Shown one piece after another: positions 1 through 10,294 of a DNA stretch of 20,181 nucleotides; the stretch's first letter is position 1, and every line of letters begins with the position of its first letter. Below the pieces are notes generated by a model. That model saw only the letters and a program-made list of their open reading frames with translations. It did no database searches and had not been told where the DNA came from. The position numbers and the translations under genes were made by a program. Source of the stretch: Vicugna vicugna (taxonomy: Eukaryota); NCBI GenBank assembly GCA_013265495.1, contig MU058584.1, forward strand, positions 5,648,508 through 5,668,688, written 5' to 3'.

Positions 1-179
1 TCTCCTTTTAAGGGCGCAAGAAAATGTAGAGCGAAATGAATCATTTCTGTCCTAGGTTCTACTCCATTCCCTGGTTCTAGGCTAAACAACCCTCAGGTAA
101 CAAGTCTAAATGAATGACCGACTTCACAAAGAACTGCACAATACCCGAACTGGTGCAATAAAGAAGGCATGAGAAGATG

Positions 180-800
180 GGGAGAAATACTGTCAGTAGG
201 ATTTGCGATAAAGAAGCCAAGGAGAGAGTGAAAGAAAAACAGGAGTCAAGGATGACTTAATGCTTTTGTTTAGCTTGTGCAAGTGAGAGAAGGACATGGC
301 CCTTTCCTGAGATCTAGAACATTTGTTTTTCAGTTCTGTTGTGATTAGGTAGGCAGTCGGGTAGAGATGGAACTGAGTAGCAGGAGATGCTATGAGTCTG
401 CAATTCAGAGAAGTGGACAAGGATATATATAGAAGACACAAAAGGAGGGGATGTAGATGAGTTGGGAAACAAAAATTCAGAGAATTAAGCTTCAGGCTGT
501 TCCAACATTTAGCTGTCAGGAAGAAGACGAAGAACCAGTAACTCACTGGTGCAACCAGTGAGTTATGGAGGATCAAGAGAGAGTTGTGTTCCAGAAGCCA
601 AGGGAAGGACTTGTTTAAAGAAGGGATGTTCTCTGTGTCAAATGCTGCTGAAACACCAAATACAATGAGGACCAAGAACCACTGTTTTGATCCTAAACAA
701 AGCAGATGAGAGTAAGTAGAGACAGCAGTACTGACAGTTCTCTTCAAGGCATACTACTGAAAAGGCAACGAGGAAATAGGACTTAAGGTGCAAGAATAGG
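180..800 (-). mobile_element. LINE-2 (L2) fragment, reverse-transcriptase region
   Basis: tgtgtcaaatgctgctga is an L2 hallmark. The minus frame gives VSAAFDT, matching the L2/CR1 RT motif LDLSAAFDT. Confidence 0.8.
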
Positions 801-809
801 GAGTTTCAA

Positions 810-1085
810 GCAGAGGAGGATTTATCGTGAAGCTAATAGAGCTTATGTTTCAGTGCTTCTCATTTGTGCCAGCTCCTTCTGTGGCCCTAGGAGGGGCCCT
901 AACAGTGTGTTTCTTTGAAAACATGCTTTTGTAAAATTTCCCCAAATAAAATATTTTAAGTACAATAAACCAGTACCTCCTTCCATTCCAACTTGCCTCT
1001 ATTGAATGTTCCCTACTTTTGGCCGGCTGCAGACACCGCTGATATTTGAGTCAAGGAGAGTTAGGAATATATGTAATTCAGGTTT
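810..1085 (+). mobile_element. hAT-Tip100 DNA transposon left end (MER115/Zaphod-like)
   Basis: Starts cagaggaggatttatcgtgaagctaatagagctta...ggccctaggaggggcccta, resembling the recalled MER115/Zaphod terminus CAGAGGCGGATTTACCGTGAAGCTAATGAAGCTTA. Confidence 0.7.
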
Positions 1086-2929
1086 ATGTTTTGTTTTAAT
1101 TTTGAACAACAAAAATATTTTCAAGTATAACAAAAACTGAACTGAGAATTCTTTTCCTTTGTCTCTACCACTTAAATCCTGAAAATCTTGAGTGAGAGAA
1201 AATAAAATTACCTATCCAAGTATTGTTGCAAATTTCTGATCACTAAGTTCTAAACCAGTGCAGTTATTCTTGGCTGTAGTCTAGATGTGTTGATAATTTT
1301 CATTTTTTTGAAGAAATATGCAAGCACGTGAAGCAAAAAAATTTGAGAAAGAATGTAAGGATTTAAAATAAGAAATGCTATGAGATAGTAATGACTCAGC
1401 AAAATATGCATCCCTTTACTGTAAATGTCAACTCTATCAAAGAGTTCTAAACATAGAATTAGCAAAGAGGTTATATTTCCATTAGAATTTTTAAGACTTT
1501 CTGAAATAACCAGACAACCATAATTTGGTTAATAGTAATTTGAACCGCTCAGTGGCAAACCAGCATCCCCGTAAAAATGTAGTAGTGTATGAACAATACA
1601 ATTTGACTGCAGGTTGATGCGCATTAGATAGTAATAAGTACGAAACTTCTGTTTATTTCCAGAAATCTCTAAATGAATTTTTATAAACTGCTGGATTTTT
1701 TATACAGCCCTTTCCTAGTGTAATGCATGAATACATGGTCATTCAGCCTCTCCTAGAAGAACACGAGGGACGCAGAATCTGCCACTTTCACAGGGGGCCC
1801 GTATTTTTGTTGCTTACTGTGCTTCACATTGTGGTGAGGGGCGCCGTGACGACAAACACGGAGCAGAATCTATAACCTTAGAGATAGTGCGCACAAACCC
1901 ACTCTCCTTTGGGGTGTTACTCTTCTCCCTCCTTCCCTCCTAGTTCTCATCTTTTGTTTTGTGCAGACAATTTGGAGGTGGGGACCGGCACTAACATAAA
2001 TATTTAAAAGAGCATAAAGTTTACGCCCCTTCCTACAAGTGAGCATCAGTGAGGCAATGGGGAAATGCATTCCTGGAATCATGAATGCCACCCTAGGAGC
2101 AAGGGCTTAAGACAGCTGCAGAGCTGATTAACGCCAGGTAAGTGAGTTCTGAGATGACGTCCACTTTGCAGGGGGGGGCTTCTTTCCCAAAGTACACAAG
2201 ACTCCTCCATCTGTATGATACGTGAGGATTCTCAATCGCCTTTCTCAAGTTTTTGCTTATGGTGTCTCTTCCTCCTTTAGGACCGAACAGATGCATTCTT
2301 GAAACCGTTGCAAATTCACAGCTGACATTTTCCATTTTCAGAATGTCTCTTCATTGTTTTCAATAGAAAACAGCCTTGTTTTGTAGTAGTCAAACAAAAG
2401 CTTTCTTCTTTTAGATGTACTTCACTTCATCGTGTTTTTCATCAGGAGAAAATGAAATCTAGAGTTCAGTGCTATTGGAGTACAACATAGTGCAAGAGGA
2501 ATGGATATTTTGTCTCCATTTCTCCACAGAATGAAAATACCCTCATTCATTTACCCACTTTACTAAGTAATGTGAAGTTTCTATGATTGTAGGTAATTTC
2601 ACACAAAATTATTTGCCAACTCCAAAAAGATATTACAAATAGATTAAATATTTTCATATTTTTATGTTTGTTGAGATACTTTGCAAACTGCTCCATTAAC
2701 TGTGGTTTATATTTGGGAGTTAACTGGACATATGGGAGAAATTAAAAGTTTACAATGAATGGTGGCAATGATTCGATTTCTCCTACTCCGGAGAAAATGT
2801 TTTCTTCAGGGTCTTGACCATAATTGGCTGAATTCTGGGCAAGTGGTGCAAAAGGATCATAGAAATACTGACCAAAATTCACGGGAAGTTGGCAATGATT
2901 CACTCTTTTTAGATATACTGTATTTAATA

Positions 2930-3590
2930 CATACAAGAGAATATATCTACAATATGTATGTAAATTATAAAGTATAATAAAAACTCACCAATCAAAATAA
3001 GAACATTACCAATATTCATGATCTACCTGCACCATCTTCCTGTCTTACCAAAAAAGGTAACCACTGTCATGAATTTTGAGTGTATCACTACATTCTTTTC
3101 AAAAAAATTTTCACCGCTTATGTACATTATTCATGACCAAAACACTGGTTCATTTACTTGTCTTTGAGCTACATTTTAAAGTTTTGTTGTATTTTATTAT
3201 TTTTTAATTTATTCTTTGGTGCAAGTGAGACAGGCTTTTATTCAATGGCCCAAGAATGAAAAAGGGGAGCTCATGCTCTAAAGGCACTTCTCTGTGAAGG
3301 AGTGGATTAAGGGAATTGAAGTGTTAGGATGCAGTCAGGTCATCAGCTGAGCTTCATTTTTTAAATGGTATAACGCAGCAGGGACACGCTAGCTATTTGG
3401 CTTTTTCTCACTTAACAGTATAATTATTTTCTAAAATTTTTAAATGTTTTGCATGTAAGTATATTTGTTTATTTTTGCCACGGTATAACATTCCATTACT
3501 ATAATACAGCAAAATTTTCTATTCATTCTCCCATCAATGGCATTTGGGTTATTTCATGCCTCTGTCTGTTTTGCTTTTAAATTATTATAT
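2930..3590 (-). mobile_element. Old L1 (L1ME/L1MC-like) 3' end fragment, interrupted
   Basis: Typical antisense L1 3'UTR motifs: aagaacattacca, ggtaaccactgtcatgaatttt, attcattctcccatcaatggcatttgggttatttc. Confidence 0.7.
3220..3355. mobile_element. Short ERV LTR-like fragment inside the L1
   Basis: aggcttttattcaatggcccaagaatgaaaaaggggagctcatgctctaaaggcact resembles antisense ERV1-type LTR R/U5 sequence (minus-strand AATAAA), and its composition differs from the flanking L1. Confidence 0.4.
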
Positions 3591-3599
3591 TTTAACTTT

Positions 3600-4720
3600 C
3601 CTTTCATTATTGTGATTTTAGTTGATCATGTGCAGACACTGTGAATAATTTGTAGGCAAATCTTTAAATTTAAGTACCAAAAATTTAAAAACTCATGTAG
3701 CTGTAATTCTTTTTTAAACAGTTATTCCAGTGACTTTCCAGCTTAAAATTTGGAGGCAAAGTGTAGTCCTTTAAGTCTATTAGGCACTAATATCTTCAAA
3801 TATTGATAAACTGTTAGGTTTAAAGATCCACTAATTCACAATTTAGTATCATACACATTCCATATTCTAAAATTTCCAGTCCTTAACAGGACATTAACAA
3901 TTCTGATAGGGAGAGCCTAGATTAGGGAGCAGTTTTTTTTTTTTCAAGGAGCAATTCTCTCTCTACATATATATTAAAAAATGGAGATAGACAATAAATA
4001 GTTTGAAATATTTCAGGTCCACTAAATGAATAACTGTGACTCTAAGTTTCTAATTATTTATATTTCAAGGTATAAGATGTGAAAACTTGTCCTCCCTATC
4101 AAGATAGCCAAAGCCACTAAAGTCAGGATCCCCACATAGTTTGGTTGTACAGAAAAATGTTTAACCAGCACATGGGTTCTTCTTAAAAAAAAAAAAAAAA
4201 GTATGTAGACACACACCCAAAGCTGGATGAGGGTGGTATTTCCTCCTTCAAAAAAATGTGTTTTTAGAGCTATTTCTAAAAGCTTGCACTTACAAAATAG
4301 GTGGTAAAAATATTTCTCTGGGGTCTCATAAGAATACAGGAACCACTAAGACTTGTTAAATGATATTTATCAGACTGACTTCTTTCTCTGCTGCCAATAC
4401 TCTTCATTTTCAGTTTCTGCAGGTAATTTGTCTTCAGTTTCTTGAATAGACATTTCAGCTTGTTTGCCTTTTATTCTCTTTTTTCATTTGCCTTGTTTTT
4501 TTTTTTGGCAGGAGATTAATTTCTTCTTAATGCCCTTTTTGGTTTGGTTTCAATGTCCGCAGGAACTGGTTTAGCTGACAATGTTGCCAATATCCTCTAC
4601 AGCTCTTCTTTTATTCTCCTTTCAGCTAAATTCATCTTCACTTTGAGCAGCTTGGTAGTGGTTTGTGATGGGGGTGGGGACGGCAGGTGCCTGGGTGCCT
4701 ATGGGCACAGAACTGTGGGA
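3600..4720 (-). pseudogene. HMGN1: HMGN1 processed pseudogene (5'UTR remnant, decayed CDS ~4650-4366, full 3'UTR)
   Basis: From 4650 the minus strand reads LLKVKMNLAERRIKEEL*RILATLSAKPVPADIETKPKRA...KGKQAEMSIQE...LPAE, collinear with HMGN1 MPKRKVSSAEGAAKEEPKRRSARLSAKP...KGKQAEVANQE...LPAE. It is intronless, ATG has become CTG, there is a TAG at 4599-4597, and more stops and frameshifts follow. The 3'UTR contains the HMGN1-type block ccaaattttaagctggaaagtcactggaataact. The poly(A) signal has decayed to ACTAAA (3622-3617), followed by an A-rich remnant. Confidence 0.9.
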
Positions 4721-5020
4721 ACTTTTACAAAGCCAGGTTGCATGGTTGCTGCTAAAATCATCCCTGTTATGTTTGCTTTATTTTGTATTATTCCTTCCAC
4801 TGTTTAGTAAATTACACACTCTAATTTTATTCTTTGCTACTCTTTAAACTTCACTATGATACCTAATTCAATCTGTATCTTACTATTTTTCATTAATAAC
4901 ATAAGGACTTTAGAATACTTCATTTCTAAACATCTCTCGTAAGCCCAGTTTATTTATTCTATGATCTTCTCTTTGTCTTAAGTTAATTGAAATTTTACTA
5001 CTGTGTGTCTCAGTGTGGAT

Positions 5021-5069
5021 TTCTCTTCTCTCTCTCTCTGTCTCTCTCTCTCTTTATTTTTTTTTTTTA
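5021..5069. repeat. (CT)n microsatellite plus poly-T
   Basis: ttctcttctctctctctctgtctctctctctctttattttttttttttt seen directly. Confidence 0.9.
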
Positions 5070-5349
5070 GTCATCCTGCTTGAGATACTGATTTCAGTAT
5101 TTGTGGTTCTTGCTTTAATCAGTTCTGCAAAATTCTCAGTCATATTGTAGCATATGGTCTCACTTGCATTTTATCTACTCATTTCTTCTGAGGCTGTGAT
5201 GGAAGATATTCTCATTTCTCCTCCTATGTATATAATGTCTTTTTACGTTTTTAAAGGCCTGTCTTTTTACCGCATATTAATTTCTTCAGTTTTATTTTCT
5301 ACTTCACTAGTTCTCTTTTCAGCCATGCCTAATGTACTGTTTAACCTAG

Positions 5350-5910
5350 TTGTGTTTTTAGTTTTTTGTGTTTGTGTTTTTGTGTTTTTAGAAATTTACT
5401 GAACATACAGAGAAGAACACAAAACACAAATGTATAGTATAGTGAAAAATCATCTAACAAGCACACAGGTATAATATACCAAGCCAAGAAACAGAATAAC
5501 ATAAGCACTCCTTAGAAGGCTGTGTGCAAAAAAAAAAAGGAGGCTGCGAGGCTGTGTGCCCTTCCTTATTTATACCTTTCCCCACTCTTCAGTAGTAAAT
5601 ACTTTTGCTAGACTTTTATGGTAATAATTTCTAAATTTAATCAATATAGTTTGTCTGCTTTTGAACAAATAGAATTTTATTGATATATCCTTTTGTGTCT
5701 TACTTTTGCTCAAAATTATGTTTTTAAGATTTATTGAAGTTGTTGCTTGTAACTCTGGTTTATTCATTTTCATTCCTCTATAGTCACATGTCTATAGGAG
5801 TGGAATTGCGGGGTCATAGAGTATGCATATCTTGGACTTTAAAAGAAAATGCCAAAATGCTATTCAAAAGGGTTGTACCAACTTACATGCCACCAGCAAT
5901 TTATGAGACA
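5350..5910 (-). mobile_element. L1ME-type 3' end fragment with decayed tail
   Basis: T-rich tail at 5350-5390, then aaatttactgaacatacagagaag...taggagtggaattgcggggtcatagagtatgcata...gggttgtaccaacttacatgccaccagcaatttatgaga. The minus ORF MKMNKPELQATTSINLKNIILS resembles the L1 ORF2 end. Confidence 0.8.
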
Positions 5911-7451
5911 TTATCTATTGAATTTTAACTTCAGCATTTGTTTTTAATTTCTAAAATATATCTTTAGGTTCTTTCTTGTCACTTTTTTCATTTTTGTTAG
6001 TCTCTTGTTACTTGCTCATTTTTTGTGATTTCATTTTTTATATTTAAAGTTTTATACATATTGATCTTATACTTGGTATCTGTCACTCCAAAACCTAAAT
6101 CATCAGGACTCTTAATCTGTTATTTGTTGTTTCTGTGACTTTTATTCATGGTTGCTTATGTCTCTGGTGATTTTTAAAATAATGTATTTACTTTTAATAG
6201 TATTAATTTCTCAAAGTAAATATTTTATATATTTATTTAATCTGAGAGTGATCTGCCACTAAGTGTCTTATTAACTACTTATGCTCTGTTGTGGTTTCTT
6301 GGGGGTTGTGAGTGGATAAAAAACAGATATATGGGATTAGAGTTGATAAATATTAAGAGTAACAATTTTTCCTTAGGCTTTTTTATATTTTCCAAATTTC
6401 CTACTGAAAACACAATACTCTTAAAACCATGAAAAAATATTAAAATAACCATAGAATTAGAATATTTGCCAACCACCAATAAACTCAATTAGTAAAATTT
6501 TACTGTACACTATGAAGTAGGATTTTAGGTCACTTCTTAGAAGGCTGTTTATTGAAGATTAAGGTATATTCTTCTCTGTGATTTTTTAAATCCATACTGT
6601 GCATAACTCTACTGATGCAGGAGCTTAAAAGGGAATGCTTTTCTCTAGAGATGATTTTTTTTAAATATGGTTTTTAAAATTCTGCTATAAGCTGAGAACT
6701 TCTACCCATTTGGGACCACTTTAGCTCCCACCTAGATCCCTGGCTTAAGGCAGGAGTCCTTTCCACGAGACATGGCCGGTCTTTTTTTATTAAAGTGGAT
6801 ACGGAGGGATGACTCTGGGTAAATATGAAATAAAATGGCTTATACCTAAGGAAAGTGGACCAAAATGCAAAGAAAGAATCAGGATAGGGAGGAGAGAGCC
6901 AAAAATTGGGATTCAATTGCAAAAGTTGGAGATAAAAACAGATCATTAAGCCATCTTAGATAATTTTCCACTAAGGACACATTCTCTGGCTTACCCTCTT
7001 TCAATCAGTAAAACACATGACACAGGCAAGAATTTCCAGGTGGCTGTTTCCATCCCAGTGCTTGATCTTAAGTACTGATCTATAGTTCAAGGTCGACTTG
7101 TTAATACTCTCAGAATGTGGAAGGTAGGTCCTCCAGGATTTTTGGCATCCTGCAGGGAATGATAATGAAGTCATGCAGTTTAATACTAGAAAAAAAAAGG
7201 GCGATGGCAATAGTGTGGGTAGAGGATGGAATAATATCAAACGTCAATAAGTTTAGGGCTTTTCAATATTAAATGTCAAATGGATAAGTTTTGGTTAACA
7301 TTTCAGTATTTGAGGCAGGAGGTTAAATTTTCTTAGCTGTGATTCCCTTTACATTTTCTACAGGGTAAGATCTTCCTCTGGAAAAGGGCTGCTGCCCCTG
7401 TTAATTCACTTACTTTAAAAGAAGATAGTTTGGTATTCAGAAACGACTTAC

Positions 7452-7700
7452 AGCTGGCAATACTGATCACCGAACACGTTTTAAATGTCATAGACAGCAG
7501 CCGACGCCCTTAGCGGTATGTGACCTTCCACGCGGGTTTTCCTCACACTGGGGTTCGTTGTGGGTTTGGGAGGAGGATTTTCATAAAACGGTCAAATGCA
7601 GCACACAGCCCGGGCTTCCCTTAGCCCTCCTTCCCTCTCCTGCGGAGGCACAGATGGCAGTGTGCAAACACCTGGAGCCGTCGCAGCCCGCCAGCGGCGG
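7452..7700 (-). other. Candidate non-coding first exon (CCDC181 long-leader isoform); 5' end unknown
   Basis: Minus-strand donor GCT|GTAAGT (intron begins at 7451) directly downstream of the CpG island. No transcript evidence is available. Confidence 0.4.
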
Positions 7701-7850
7701 GCTGTAATGCGCAGGCGCAGTGGCGGGGGTGCCCTCGGGAGGAGGAGGGAGCAAGGGAGGCAGGCACATTGCGCCCACCGTTTGCCCGCAGCCCCGCAGG
7801 CCCAGTTCTAGTCCGGAGCTGCCCGCCCTGGAAGGCGCTGGCCAGAAAAA
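7470..7850. promoter_or_regulatory. Small CpG island / promoter, probably the distal CCDC181 promoter
   Basis: Abrupt GC- and CpG-rich segment in an AT-rich context. NRF1-type motif TGCGCAGGCGCA at 7708-7719 and GC-box-like elements (tggcggggg ~7721, cccgccc ~7822). Assignment to CCDC181 rests on recalled synteny (CCDC181 follows SLC19A2 on the same strand), not on sequence identity. Confidence 0.7.
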
Positions 7851-8129
7851 TCTGCTTGTGGATATTCTGTAGCGTTGTTTCACTCTATCCCCACAACTTG
7901 TACACCGAGCTTCTATCCCTTTGCCACTTCCCCAGCCATTCCAGGACAGCCCCTCCGCAAATCCCTCCTACTGCCAAGGGTGCCCTGCCTGGCATTCTTC
8001 CTCTCTGGAGAACTCCGGTTCTGTTGTCAGAGAGCTGCCGCGGCTGCACCTTCCTATCCCCTCTTCCCACTGTGGTCTCATCCCTGCAGACCTGATAGGG
8101 GAACAAGGGTGGAAGTGACCATTAATTTG

Positions 8130-8235
8130 CAGTGTAGGGTGGGAATCAGAATCCTATTCCGGCTTCTCCAACTTACAGATGTGTGATCTTGGGTAGGTTA
8201 TTCACTTTTTTAAGCTACCTTTTGAAAAATGGGCA
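8130..8235 (+). mobile_element. MIR SINE fragment
   Basis: acttacagatgtgtgatcttgggtaggttattcac...aaaatggg matches the MIR core. Confidence 0.65.
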
Positions 8236-8379
8236 CACATTCCAGAATATTAATTCAGTAACCTCAGGTTAGTCCTGTTACTTCCACTGCCATAGACATA
8301 AAGGGCTTCCTCACCTACATCTAATCAACTGAAATGGCCATTCAACTACCCATTTTAAATCATACCTTTCCATAAAATT

Positions 8380-8845
8380 CATCCTGTCCACAGCTGTCAG
8401 ATTAAACGTCTTTAAGATAAGCTTAATCATTACTTCCCATTCCCACCCCCAATTAATAAACAGAAAATGACCCCAAACTGCTTTACAACTTTATCGCACC
8501 CTATTCCCCTCTATGTTTGTTGCTGATTGTACACCCATTTTCTGGCCTTCATACCTTTACTGATACCCGTTTCTTCACTACACAGGTCTCCGTTTCCGAA
8601 TTTCTTTCAAAATCCTGCCCGTTCTGCCAACTCAAATGCCACCTCCTTCCAGGCAGTCACACATGATTTCCCCAATGTCTTTTTCTGAGACCCAAGCCTT
8701 TTAATCATTATGGTATCTGACACACAGTATTTAGTATTGCAGTTGGGCCTCTATATTATCCTTTCTACTTGTATTTTCTTATCACATATTTTTAAGTTCC
8801 CTGAGAGCAGGAATCATGACTTTTTCCTTCTATCCCCAGAAGAGC
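8380..8845 (+). mobile_element. L2 3' region fragments
   Basis: ctcaaatgccacctccttccagg and taagttccctgagagcaggaatcatg are L2 3' motifs. Confidence 0.6.
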
Positions 8846-9029
8846 TTTCCAAAATATAAATTAAAAATATGGGAGAATGTTTAAAAGCTTCTGATCATTT
8901 TCATTTTGATTGAAATGTTAAAAAGTTTCCTTTGAGAGTACAATTTTGAGATTGATGGCAACAGACTTAGTGTAAATGGAGAGTAAGGGGAAGGGAACTG
9001 GTTTCTTAGTTGCCTGCTCTGGCTCTCCA

Positions 9030-9190
9030 GCGTTACAGGTGCTTTCACATATGTTCTTTAATTTCTTCACCACAATCCTGTGGGGTAAGTATCGTTCCCA
9101 CTTACTGATAAGGAAACTGAAGCTCAATAGAGTGACTTCCCTAATGTGTCAGAGCTTTGAGTGGCAAACCCAGTATTTCGAACTCCCTTC
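9030..9190 (-). mobile_element. MIR SINE
   Basis: tcttcaccacaatcctgtggggtaagtat...ttactgataaggaaactgaagctca is the antisense MIR core. Confidence 0.8.
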
Positions 9191-10284
9191 TATCAGCATT
9201 ACTTAATGAAAGCAGAGGAATTAGTAGTGCTACAAGACACTTTTTCCAGAATCCAAGGAGATGTTAAAAAGTGTTAAACGAATATAAGGTATTAATTATG
9301 AGGATGCCATAATAAGTAAAATAAATTCAGTTTCTATCACTCAGGCACAATGCCTTTGAATACAGCATCCAGTGTACTAGAGGTCATTGACAAGCCTTTT
9401 AATCTTAATGTTTTATGTTGATGTACTTTTTAAAAAACAATGACCTATTGTATTGGCAAGTGGCTATATTGAGTCCATTACATATCACTTACACAATTCA
9501 GTATTCATAGAGCACTAGGATGTGCTTTATAAAGACAAAAGACAAAAATAAGAGATGGTCCCTAATTAGAAGGCTTACAATCTGAAAGGCCTTAAGATAC
9601 GGGGGATATGACTCTAGGGACAGAAAATTTTATCTTCAAAAATGTTTTTGCAAGAAAAATTTCCAAGTGTTTGGTGATAATCAGTGAAATGCCTTCATGA
9701 AGCAGGTTTCGGAATGAGATATTAAAGGGAAGGTACTCATTTGGATACTGTGAGAAAAGACTGATTTGGTTTCTGGGATACAAAGAACAAGTGATTCTCA
9801 ACTGATGGCAAGAAGATGATTCCCTGGATAGCGGAATATTTGGGGCTGGAACAAGAAGGCTATGAATTTTCAAAACAGGATGGTACCTTCTGCCCTTGAT
9901 TCGATTTCATTTCCTTTGTTTAAAAAATTCAGTTAACATCAAGAGAATGTAGGTCTTTTCAGTTTCTAAAAGGGAGAATCCTTTAAGAAGATAAGAGGTA
10001 CCAAGATGAAAACCAAGAAAAGTAAGCAGTGCAATGTGGTGCTAGGAAAAAAATGGGGGAAACAACAGAAATAAGGCAGAAGAGATGAAGGTAAAGATCG
10101 CAAAGCAATGGAAGAACGAGATGACAAGCTTAGTTCGGAAGGTCAGGTGAGGGGAATGCTTAGTCTGATATCTGTCCTAGGAGAAATTATTAAAAGATTT
10201 AAATATGTAATCCAAAGCTCTTAATGAAGCAAAAGATCACTTGAAAATAATTTTGATTAAAGAGGGAGAATATACTATAAAATA

Positions 10285-10294
10285 TTTATTTAAT
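10285..10294 (-). terminator. Distal polyadenylation signal of SLC19A2 (overlapping ATTAAA and AATAAA)
   Basis: Minus strand reads ATTAAATAAA (plus tttatttaat), with UGUA motifs upstream and U-rich sequence downstream. Confidence 0.8.

Larger units (their letters stand above)
4960..6170 (-). mobile_element. Very old L1M/HAL1-type 5'/ORF1-region fragment, split by a second L1 piece
   Basis: Motifs atcagttctgcaaaattctcagtcat and ttcagccatgcctaatgtactgtttaacc, resuming at ~5912 as atctattgaattttaacttcag and later ttgttgtttctgtgacttttattcatggttgctt. Confidence 0.55.

Noticed and set aside
193..747. 184-aa minus ORF, the longest in the window
   Set aside because: Lies within an L2 remnant. Only the SAAFDT motif is in frame and the start is non-ATG, so it is a chance open frame.
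2742..2977. Short ORFs that might be CCDC181 coding exons
   Set aside because: No resemblance to the acidic CCDC181 N-terminus as I recall it, and no convincing flanking splice sites.
4544..4847. Hydrophobic plus-strand ORFs
   Set aside because: Antisense to the HMGN1 pseudogene and T-rich L1 sequence; the hydrophobicity comes from base composition.
7581..8186. Cluster of overlapping ORFs on both strands
   Set aside because: Expected from stop-codon scarcity in GC-rich sequence. No recognisable protein, and none resembles CCDC181.
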